In this document: piece after piece, positions 1-8,019 of the stretch
How the letters are laid out: every line of letters starts with the position of its first letter
Numbering within the stretch: the first letter of the stretch is position 1
IMG/VR virus record: IMGVR_UViG_3300020045_011589
Location: 1-59,322 of that record
Strand: one strand, 5' to 3'
Source of the DNA: a virus
Lineage: Duplodnaviria; Caudoviricetes
Length of the DNA: 59,322 nt
Translations under genes and position numbers: made by a program
Notes under the pieces: model-generated
What the model was told of the DNA's origin: nothing
Database searches by the model: none
What the model saw: the letters and a program-made list of their open reading frames with translations, nothing else

Positions 1-121
1 TACTCAAAGAGTGGAAGCTTGCTTGCCCTCCAACTAAGTTGGTTTTTCCAGGCAAAGATATTAATAAGCCCTTTAGAGCTGATACATTTTATAGAGTTCA
101 TTTTTTGCCGGCTATAACAAA
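1..121. repeat. Terminal overlap identical to 59202-59322 (circular assembly; unit length 59201 bp)
   Basis: Exact 121-nt identity of both ends; integrase ORF continues in frame across the junction. Confidence 0.97.
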
Positions 122-320
122 AGCTAAAGTTAAAAGAATAAGATTACATGAGCTACGACATACCTTTGCGTCATTATTGATGATGTTGCAAAAAGATAAT
201 AAATTCATTCAAAGCCGGCTTGGACACAACTCACTAGCTATGTTAGATTTATATACTCACCTGCTTGATTCAGGGGATGATTTAGGAAAGAAGTTAGACG
301 GCCTTTTAAAGCTGTCTTAG
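1..320 (+). CDS. int: Tyrosine integrase, C-terminal part
   Basis: HELRHTFAS, LGHNS and LYTH catalytic motifs. Confidence 0.95.
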   Translation, partial: LKEWKLACPPTKLVFPGKDINKPFRADTFYRVHFLPAITKAKVKRIRLHELRHTFASLLMMLQKDNKFIQSRLGHNSLAMLDLYTHLLDSGDDLGKKLDGLLKLS

Positions 321-373
321 AGAAATCTTAGAACGGTTTTTATTGATTGAAAATTACATACCGCTTGAACTGC

Positions 374-416
374 GGGAGGGTGCCCGAGTCTGGTTAAAGG
401 GGACGGACTGTAAATC
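374..416 (+). other. attP core: 5' half of a tRNA-Tyr(GTA)
   Basis: GGGAGGG-TG-CCCG-AGTCTGGTTAA-AGGG-G-ACGGA-CTGTAAA-TC, after which tRNA similarity stops; immediately downstream of int; flanked by TTAGA direct-repeat pairs (317/328 and 523/533) resembling arm sites. Confidence 0.85.
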
Positions 417-588
417 TATTTAAGCCCCTTTTTACCTTCAAGCTAACACCCTCATTTATAGATTAACCAGGCATTATCCTATTACTAGACTTCACTGATT
501 TTCGATGGTTTTCAACTCATGTTTAGAATATCTTAGATTGAATATACAAATATTCTTATCATCAGAATTGGGGAAAAGTGAGGAAGGG

Positions 589-1005
589 TTAATTATCAAG
601 AAGTGTTAGATAATCAAGCAATAAGGCTCTAATTGAGTCCATTTGATGGAGTTCAATACGAGCAATTGGAAACTCTGATAAGAACTCTTTTAATAGTGGC
701 TGAAGCAGGGGAACAATAACAACGCTATCATTATCCAGTCTGGCAACCTCTTCTTTTCTTAGCACATAATCAAACGCACCCTTAACATAAAGCACTGTAC
801 TTAATGGAAAACAACTAATTAACTGATTGTTTCGATCTAAATTATCATGTGCGATAAGAACTAATCTTGAGGGGTGGAGGTTTCTATTGCCTTTTAAGTC
901 AGTTTCAGGGAATTGGATTTTATTATCTGGATAGATATAAATTTCGCCCGCTTTATACTTTGTGCCCGCGAAGTCATTAGCAGTGCATTTAGGACTTTTA
1001 GCCAA
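589..1005 (-). CDS. PemK/MazF-like endoribonuclease toxin
   Basis: GEIY...RLVLI...CFPLST...DSVVIV pattern typical of PemK/MazF; 138 aa. Confidence 0.65.
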   Translation of the reverse strand: MAKSPKCTANDFAGTKYKAGEIYIYPDNKIQFPETDLKGNRNLHPSRLVLIAHDNLDRNNQLISCFPLSTVLYVKGAFDYVLRKEEVARLDNDSVVIVPLLQPLLKEFLSEFPIARIELHQMDSIRALLLDYLTLLDN

Positions 1006-1153
1006 GCTTAGAACTATTGGCAGCTTTTCTAGCTTCGTCCCATTTTTTATGCTCTTCTAAAACCAGTTTTGAGCGCTCATCTGCGCTTCCTAATGTAGAG
1101 CGATCAACCGATTTCAGGATCTTGCGATATTTATCCTTGTTTAGAGATTTCAT
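998..1153 (-). CDS. Small charged protein (51 aa), candidate antitoxin
   Basis: ATG at 1153 with AGAGGTG RBS; overlaps the start of the PemK-like gene. Confidence 0.5.
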   Translation of the reverse strand: MKSLNKDKYRKILKSVDRSTLGSADERSKLVLEEHKKWDEARKAANSSKLG

Positions 1154-1348
1154 TTTGGCACCTCTTTGTATTAATCGGTTATTCGAGTGTAAAACTTTAG
1201 TAATTTTAGATGTGACTCTTTCTAGAGTAGACGTACCCAATAGCGACCTCCTTTTAACATTAGTCTCCACTAAGTAGCTAGGTGTGTCAACAACCCCATA
1301 TCTAGTGGCTCCGCGGGTCCATGGCACAACAATATATGGTAGACAAAA

Positions 1349-1380
1349 CAAAAAAAGCCCCCACAAATTAATGAGAGGGC
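1349..1380 (-). terminator. Intrinsic terminator ending the late/lysis transcript
   Basis: GCCCTCTCAT-TAATT-TGTGGGGGC followed by a T-tract on the minus strand. Confidence 0.7.
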
Positions 1381-1594
1381 GAAAATAGATTAATTATCGT
1401 GCTAGCCTTTAACTAGCGAAAGCATAAGATCACCTTACCTTTCTTATTTTTACAATTATAAAATCTGGTACTACTTATTTATTTAATTATACTACTTAAT
1501 TATAAGTTTGCTTAATAGTTTACATTTTAGGGGTCTTGCCACTAAATTTTGATTTCTGACATAATTAACTAATCTAAATTAAGGAGTAACAAAA

Positions 1595-2083
1595 GTGCCA
1601 AGAGGAGTATATAAGCGAACCCCTGAATATCGCGCCATAATGAGCAAAGCAATGAGTGACAAAAAACACTCGGAAGCATCAAAAGCCAAAATGTCGTTAT
1701 CTAAACTAGGTAAAAAACGTAAACCTTTTAGCGAACAGACTAAAAAAAGAATGTCTGAATCTCACAAAAAGATGGTGGCTAACAAAAACAATAATTGGAA
1801 GGGCGGGCGAAATTTTTGCAAGTCTATTGGGTACATCTATGTGCATTGTCCCAACCACCCAAACTCTAATCATAAAGGATACGTGCTAGAGCACAGATAT
1901 GTTATGTCGAAAAATATCAAAAGGCCTCTCCGAGACAATGAAATTGTTCACCACATAAATGGGGACACCACAGATAACCGAATTGAAAATTTAATCCTTA
2001 TGTTGCATGGAGAACATTCTGCCATGCATAGAAAAGTGGAACATTCCTTAAAATCAAGCAACACTCCGAAAATAAGCAGCTAA
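1595..2083 (+). CDS. HNH homing endonuclease with NUMOD3-like repeats
   Basis: KHSEASKAKMS repeats; EHR...VHHINGDTTDNRIENL; AAGGAG RBS. Confidence 0.9.
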   Translation: MPRGVYKRTPEYRAIMSKAMSDKKHSEASKAKMSLSKLGKKRKPFSEQTKKRMSESHKKMVANKNNNWKGGRNFCKSIGYIYVHCPNHPNSNHKGYVLEHRYVMSKNIKRPLRDNEIVHHINGDTTDNRIENLILMLHGEHSAMHRKVEHSLKSSNTPKISS

Positions 2084-2221
2084 TAAACCAAAAACGCTAA
2101 CTAACACGCTGGCTATCTCTGGCTTGATAACATCGTTAAAATTAATACCGGCCATAGCGCTACAAACCATTGCAGCTATACTAAGATAAGTTCTTTTTCC
2201 TCTTAAATTATTCTTTTTCAT
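2054..2221 (-). CDS. Holin (55 aa, two hydrophobic segments; not in ORF track)
   Basis: AGGAGG RBS; MKKNNLRGKRTYLSIAAMVCSAMAG...IASVLVSVFGLLAAYFRSVA; downstream of the endolysin. Confidence 0.7.
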   Translation of the reverse strand: MKKNNLRGKRTYLSIAAMVCSAMAGINFNDVIKPEIASVLVSVFGLLAAYFRSVA

Positions 2222-2393
2222 TGCTAACCTCCTTAAATAGTGGCGTTAGAGCAGTGTCTTTGGAAACAAGGTTTTTTATTTTAAAATCTCTATTCCCGGC
2301 ACAAGCATTGCACCAAGTTTTTAGTGTTGCCCTGGCTTCTACGATCTGTTCATTGCCGCATTTACAGACAGCCCTAGCTCTTACATCAAACAT
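2208..2393 (-). CDS. Small Cys-rich (zinc-ribbon-like) protein
   Basis: CxC...CxxC; tightly packed in the lysis cassette. Confidence 0.55.
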   Translation of the reverse strand: MFDVRARAVCKCGNEQIVEARATLKTWCNACAGNRDFKIKNLVSKDTALTPLFKEVSNEKE

Positions 2394-2394
2394 T

Positions 2395-3144
2395 TTATTT
2401 AACCAACTTAATTAGCCCATTTGCGATGCCTTGAGCATATGCTTTGTGGCTAATATTGTTGTCTTTAACTGAAGATATAAAACCGGCTTCAACTAAATAA
2501 GATTCGACATGAAGTTGTCTGATCCAGCCCAATCGACCATGACGAGTGGACGTGTCAGGTTTAGATCCACGGTTATCTAGTCCAGTAGCTTTTGATAACT
2601 CACCTGAAATAATTGAAGCCCTGGCGGCCCTGTGAGGATTGCTAGCTAAGAAAAACACCTCAACACCACTTGCCGCTTTTGGCCCTGAATTTTTATGTAT
2701 TTCAATTGCTATGCCATTTTTAAACCGCCTGTTAACCCAAGGTATTTGATCTTGTAAATCATACCGATTAGGTACTTTGTAAACCTTGTAACCAGCGTTC
2801 TTTAATATTTTTTCAAGAGCGTCTGTAATTAGTACCGCCTCAGTTGCCTCTCTGCGACCTAATGCAACAGCGCCGGGATCTGAATCCCCATGCCCGGCCG
2901 CTATGATAAAGGTTCCACGCTTAGGGGTTATCTTTCTTACAGCTCTCTTAGCCAGATAAGCATACATAGCCGTGAGTGTCCGAGGACCTACGTTCTCATC
3001 CCAGAGTTTAGGGTTTTTAAATACTCTCTTTTTAAAAGCGATTGTTTGAGCCTTGGTCTTAGCTCCAAAATCCCCATCGACTTCGCCGACATTAAAACCA
3101 GCCTTTGTTAATAATGTTTGCCAGCGTTTTACATTAAGCTTCAT
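2395..3144 (-). CDS. Endolysin: peptidoglycan-binding domain + N-acetylmuramoyl-L-alanine amidase (Amidase_3)
   Basis: VDGDFGAKT PG-binding motif; AGHGDSDPGA, EIHKNS and LVEAGFI amidase motifs. Confidence 0.92.
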   Translation of the reverse strand: MKLNVKRWQTLLTKAGFNVGEVDGDFGAKTKAQTIAFKKRVFKNPKLWDENVGPRTLTAMYAYLAKRAVRKITPKRGTFIIAAGHGDSDPGAVALGRREATEAVLITDALEKILKNAGYKVYKVPNRYDLQDQIPWVNRRFKNGIAIEIHKNSGPKAASGVEVFFLASNPHRAARASIISGELSKATGLDNRGSKPDTSTRHGRLGWIRQLHVESYLVEAGFISSVKDNNISHKAYAQGIANGLIKLVK

Positions 3145-3262
3145 AGTTCCCCCTTGTTGATTATTCTAATAGGCATTAAGCGCCTGGTTAAGTGATGTTA
3201 AGCGGCTTCACCAAATCGATTGTAAGCGGTTTTAAAATGTGCCTTAAAGTGTTTGTATCTGG

Positions 3263-3649
3263 TTATTTACCAAGAAATTTATCGAAAATTAAATACAAGA
3301 TTACAGCGGTTATCACTGATGTATATATCTTTTCTTTAAAAGCATCTTTTTTTGAAACGGTGTTTTTGAGATTATTTTCGACATCAACTCTAAAGCTTAC
3401 TATGCCTTGATGGATATCCTCTTTGACTTCCTCTATTTTTTGATGGATCCGCTCATGCCCCCTAAGATTGTCCTCATTAGATTTAATAATTGCATCAGCC
3501 ATTTTTTCCATACTGCCGTTTTGTTTTTTGCAATGGTCATCAAATGTTTTTTCTAAAAATCTTACCCGTTGAGCGGTTTCTGCCGCTGCCACTAAATCGG
3601 CTATGTTTGTTGTGTTTACCGCTATTTGCTCTTTACTAGTGAGTGTCAT
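3263..3649 (-). CDS. Coiled-coil protein with C-terminal TM helix (lysis-associated, XhlA-like)
   Basis: Position before endolysin; C-terminal hydrophobic segment. Confidence 0.55.
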   Translation of the reverse strand: MTLTSKEQIAVNTTNIADLVAAAETAQRVRFLEKTFDDHCKKQNGSMEKMADAIIKSNEDNLRGHERIHQKIEEVKEDIHQGIVSFRVDVENNLKNTVSKKDAFKEKIYTSVITAVILYLIFDKFLGK

Positions 3650-5212
3650 TTAAAATCCTTTTCTACTGAGTAATAGGTCTAGTCTATTACCGTCCGAGTC
3701 TAATTGAAGCGTTGCCGATCCTGCTTTAGCGTCAATATCAACCTGGACTATTTTAAATATATTCTTACCGTTAAGTACGTTCGAGCTTGTCATATCAGTT
3801 AATGTTTGAATTGTCGGTTCTAAATCTCTAATTAGAATATTTTTACCAGCTCTTAAATGAGTAACTGGTAAATCAACACCGTTTGAGTCTTTGAGATTAT
3901 TTACTACGACTATTGAGCCTTTGCCTTGCCGTCTTGCTCTATCATCTAAGAATGTATCGCCAACCTGATTAGCTGCTGCAGATGATGTTGTGTCTACTTG
4001 AATTGGGCTTAAAGGGCTTCTAGTTATCCCTTCTGCGTCTAATAGGGAATGGGTAGCGGTTCTAGTAACAGTTAATTTTCCATTACCAGCAGGGTTGTTA
4101 TACTCAACGTCAACGCTGTTAAACTGATTTTCTAAGCTCTCACCGCTTAAATCTGGTTTAGCATATTTTAAGCTAGTCGTATAATGAACTGTGGTTAGAT
4201 CATGAGCTTCAAAACTAAATATCGGACTTCCTTCGACATCGCAATTCCAAACACCATAATTAAAGTTTTCGTACTTATTTAATTCTTTTAATACATCTAA
4301 TGGACTTTGTTTACTTTCAACAAAAAATTCAGGTAATGTATAAGTTCCTGTATCTATTAAAGTTTGGTCGGTTGATATTTTAGGGCAATAATTAGTTAAA
4401 AAATCCTTAATGATTTCATCTGCTTGATAGTTGCCTGTAAAGCCTGATAGTCCGTTAACTCTAATATTGGTTATTTTAGCCCAATAATTTTCATCGGCAG
4501 GTGTAAAACCTGCAACTGATTGTAAGCGAAAAGATAGACATTTCTTACTTGCAGTTATAACTTCTGTTACGCTACCACTTAATGCTCCTGAACCCGCTAG
4601 TGTCCACTCAGCAACATCATCAACATAAAATTCAGTTGAATATGAATGCAGGACAAGCTGAAAATTAGCAGAATTATAGCTTGAACCAGTTGTATAATCA
4701 AAAGTTATAGAGTAAATGTCTTGATTAACCCCACTGGTAGGATGTGCTCTAAGATAACACGTCTCGGAAATTGTGTTAATAACAACTGCTTCACCATTTG
4801 GAAATTTTAAAAATAGTCTATTATTATTATCTTTTTCAACTTTTTCCCATGCCCAATCATCATTAGGAGCTACAGGCGGATTAGTATCCCAAGCATTATA
4901 ACTAACATCGGAATACAGTCTTTTAAAGGACTGATCTGTTAAATGGTTAACGTGTCCTAGTGCGTTTATTACAGCCGCTTGTCTATTTTGCGTAACTCTA
5001 GGTGTTTCAAATACTCTACCGCACCATACTAAACCTATTCCGTCATAAATATGCACATCTTCTAATATTTGGTGAGACTTAATTAAATCTATCGGTATAG
5101 TTATTTCAGCGGTTAATGGTCCACCCTGATTAGAATTAGAATATTTTAAATCATATATCTGCTTAGAGTAATGTTTTTCATTACCTTGGGCATCTGTAAA
5201 TATAACGTTCAT
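3650..5212 (-). CDS. Tail tip/hub protein (Tal-like)
   Basis: Synteny after Dit; VWCGRV and LRAGKNILIRD patterns common in siphovirus hub proteins. Confidence 0.7.
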   Translation of the reverse strand: MNVIFTDAQGNEKHYSKQIYDLKYSNSNQGGPLTAEITIPIDLIKSHQILEDVHIYDGIGLVWCGRVFETPRVTQNRQAAVINALGHVNHLTDQSFKRLYSDVSYNAWDTNPPVAPNDDWAWEKVEKDNNNRLFLKFPNGEAVVINTISETCYLRAHPTSGVNQDIYSITFDYTTGSSYNSANFQLVLHSYSTEFYVDDVAEWTLAGSGALSGSVTEVITASKKCLSFRLQSVAGFTPADENYWAKITNIRVNGLSGFTGNYQADEIIKDFLTNYCPKISTDQTLIDTGTYTLPEFFVESKQSPLDVLKELNKYENFNYGVWNCDVEGSPIFSFEAHDLTTVHYTTSLKYAKPDLSGESLENQFNSVDVEYNNPAGNGKLTVTRTATHSLLDAEGITRSPLSPIQVDTTSSAAANQVGDTFLDDRARRQGKGSIVVVNNLKDSNGVDLPVTHLRAGKNILIRDLEPTIQTLTDMTSSNVLNGKNIFKIVQVDIDAKAGSATLQLDSDGNRLDLLLSRKGF

Positions 5213-8019
5213 TATGTTGTACTCACAGGGTTAAGAAATCTAGGGAAATACGAAATGCTTACATTAACCGGATTATAACCGTCCGTTCCTGTTGAATAAG
5301 TCTTAGTTTCAAGTGCGATAATATTGTTATTAGTACCAGGATTTAATTTAATTCCAGGATCACCAATCCAATCAACATTATCATAACTTTTATTAACAGC
5401 CTCAGCGTCAAAATCTAATGTAATCGGTTTAGCACTTGTAGCAGTAGTTGTGTTTAAGTGTATTTGCCCTGACATTGGTGTAAGTGCAGCCCAATCAGTA
5501 TCAAAATTTATACTTTTAGTACTTCCGTTTTTAGCTTCCAACTTAACTATTGGAGTAGCTGAAACACCGCTTGATAATGGTACTGCAGGAATTGAAATAT
5601 TGCCTAAATCAACTACTTGTTGTTTTGTGGTGTTTGATAGAGATACTGCACTAGAAGCTACTACTGAGCCACCAGCCCAACCAGCACTAGCTCTCATTTG
5701 TACACCATCGGGGTTAGTTGAATTAGTTCTAACACGAGCATAACAGCGGTAGGTGTCTTGGTAGTTAGAGGAATTTGATAATGCCCAAGCGGCTACTTGT
5801 TTTGTCCAAGTATCTCCGCCATCTGTTGTTTTTAATAGTGAATATCCGTCTCCAGCAATAAAGACCACAGATGAATTTATGACTGAAAGTCCATTTAAGC
5901 CGTTTGAAATATTGGAAGTTTGTTCAGTCCAACTTGAGCCATTTATTGTTTTTATAATTTTACCATTCCAGCCAGCTGTAAAGCCAGTAATAGAACTTGA
6001 AAATTGAACATCTTTGCATATCATGTTCGTAGGCATTCCATCTTCTCTATTAACCCAACTTGCACCCCCATTAGTGGTTTTGCATATTAACTTATCTCCA
6101 ACCACCCAGCCTAAATTACTGCTGTTAAAATAAACATTATAAAGTCCTCCTCGTGAACTTGCTGGTATCGTTTTGCTGACCCAGCTTGTTCCGCCATTAG
6201 TTGATTGTGTTACAAAAGCATTTCCTCCAAAATCAATACCAGTAATGCATCCAAGATTGGAATTTATAAAATAAATGCTTTGAAATTGTTGTGCCGTATG
6301 AGTTGATGTTTGTGTATTCCAGCTTGCACCCCCATTAGTGGTTTTTCTTATAACCCTTGTATCTCCAACCACCCAGCCTAAATTACTGCTGTTAAAATGC
6401 ATCCCCCTAAGCCAAGCCAGCGTATTACTAGTCTGGTTAACCCAGCTTGTTCCGCCATTAGTTGATTTTTTTATTACACCGCCACATCCAGCAACAAAAA
6501 TAATATTTGAGGTTGGAGCAGCAATTCCACTTAGATTTTGGGCTGTGCCTGTAGCTGAACTGCTTTTTCTAGTTATTGTTGCTCCACCATTAGTAGTTTT
6601 TAGAATTAGCCCACCATCACAAGCTGCAAATCCTACATTAGCGTTAACCATATCAATAGCGTTAATGTCATCCGAGTTCCCACTTAAATTAGTCCAAGCG
6701 CTTGAACAGGCTGTTCTTGCGAACTCACCATTATAAAACCCTGTACCAGTTGAGCCTTGAAAGTCCTTAATAGGATTAAATATTGATTCTGATATTGCCT
6801 TATCCCTACTTCTACTACCTATAACTAAAGAATTGCCAAAAGCTTTTTGACTAGCAGCTGGTGCATTTAATTTGAATGTTGCAAGACAAGCATAAGCCTG
6901 GTCGGCTGTTGTCCAAGTACATGTTGATGTTTGAGTTCCAGTAGTAGTTAAAGTTTTTGAAGCTACAAATAATCCGCCACAACCACCCGTTTCACTATCA
7001 TCATAGACACTGCTAAAGCTGTTATCCCAAGTATAAGATTCAACAGAAACGCTATCAATCATCATCATAGCAATTGCTATCTCATCATTTTGCGCGGTTG
7101 CAGCTGTTGTGCCTGTTGCAAGGGTTGAAACAGCACCGGCTCCGCTATCATTTTCTACACTTACATCTAATACTCCAGAGGATAATGTCCCTCGATATTC
7201 TCCGGCCCACATAGTACAACCAGCAGCACCCACAGTACCAAGTGACCAAGTGATTGTAGTTTCTGTACCATTAGCTACTTTATAAGCCATAGCTCCGCTT
7301 ACACTTGCACTTGTGTAACTTTGAATTAAGGTAAATCCACTTGGTGGAGTAACCGAGGTTGCATTTTTATCAACACCAATACCTATAACAATTAAATTTC
7401 CAGCTATAGCTGTACTTGATAAAGTAACTGATGGAGATGTTGAAATTACACCGGTGTCAGAAGCTTGTTGTACTAAACCAAAATTACTTGTACTTAGCTC
7501 TAATACTGCAGGTGTTTCTATATCGCCAGATACTGTAGATGGCTGAATAATTGCAGGGGATTTTGAATAATAAAGAGGCCCAATAGTAACTTGAGAGCCA
7601 CGCCAAAATGGTTTACAAACAAGAATTAACTCAACAAGAATGCGGTCATTATCTATAAAGTGTCGCCAGTTAGCAAATGAAAATGCCCCGCTTACTTTAG
7701 TATATAAAACATCAGCATAATTACTATTAGTTGCATTATCGTATTTAAACTCAAATTCTATATTTTTCTTAATTATTTTAGCTTGAAGTGCGCTTAAATT
7801 AGCGTATAAAGTATTTAACGAGGAGCCTAAAACATATACTGGTATTTTATGTTCAACATTATCGTAGTTATCTGAACCCTCTACAATTTCTCCACCATGT
7901 TCATTAATAAATGGTTGTATATCAGTTCTTAGTTGCGGATCGCCAAATTCTACACCATCACCAATTGAATATGCGCTATCATCGTTTATATCTAAGGAAT
8001 CTATTTTGTAAGTTGCCAT
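5212..8019 (-). CDS. Distal tail protein with inserted domains, including a YCF48/BNR (Asp-box-like) beta-propeller
   Basis: LVCKPFWRG Dit-like motif; repeated KTTNGG.SW / GWVVGD blades; follows the tape measure gene. Confidence 0.75.
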   Translation of the reverse strand: MATYKIDSLDINDDSAYSIGDGVEFGDPQLRTDIQPFINEHGGEIVEGSDNYDNVEHKIPVYVLGSSLNTLYANLSALQAKIIKKNIEFEFKYDNATNSNYADVLYTKVSGAFSFANWRHFIDNDRILVELILVCKPFWRGSQVTIGPLYYSKSPAIIQPSTVSGDIETPAVLELSTSNFGLVQQASDTGVISTSPSVTLSSTAIAGNLIVIGIGVDKNATSVTPPSGFTLIQSYTSASVSGAMAYKVANGTETTITWSLGTVGAAGCTMWAGEYRGTLSSGVLDVSVENDSGAGAVSTLATGTTAATAQNDEIAIAMMMIDSVSVESYTWDNSFSSVYDDSETGGCGGLFVASKTLTTTGTQTSTCTWTTADQAYACLATFKLNAPAASQKAFGNSLVIGSRSRDKAISESIFNPIKDFQGSTGTGFYNGEFARTACSSAWTNLSGNSDDINAIDMVNANVGFAACDGGLILKTTNGGATITRKSSSATGTAQNLSGIAAPTSNIIFVAGCGGVIKKSTNGGTSWVNQTSNTLAWLRGMHFNSSNLGWVVGDTRVIRKTTNGGASWNTQTSTHTAQQFQSIYFINSNLGCITGIDFGGNAFVTQSTNGGTSWVSKTIPASSRGGLYNVYFNSSNLGWVVGDKLICKTTNGGASWVNREDGMPTNMICKDVQFSSSITGFTAGWNGKIIKTINGSSWTEQTSNISNGLNGLSVINSSVVFIAGDGYSLLKTTDGGDTWTKQVAAWALSNSSNYQDTYRCYARVRTNSTNPDGVQMRASAGWAGGSVVASSAVSLSNTTKQQVVDLGNISIPAVPLSSGVSATPIVKLEAKNGSTKSINFDTDWAALTPMSGQIHLNTTTATSAKPITLDFDAEAVNKSYDNVDWIGDPGIKLNPGTNNNIIALETKTYSTGTDGYNPVNVSISYFPRFLNPVSTT

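Noticed and set aside
1-121. 121-bp terminal repeat as a biological direct terminal repeat
   Set aside because: It falls mid-integrase and simply closes the circle; typical assembler overlap
1154-1366. N-terminal extension of ORF 998..1366
   Set aside because: It starts within the terminator hairpin; the RBS supports the ATG at 1153
3176-3230. Three TAAGCG repeats upstream of the endolysin
   Set aside because: Only 6-7 nt with uneven spacing; not distinguishable from chance
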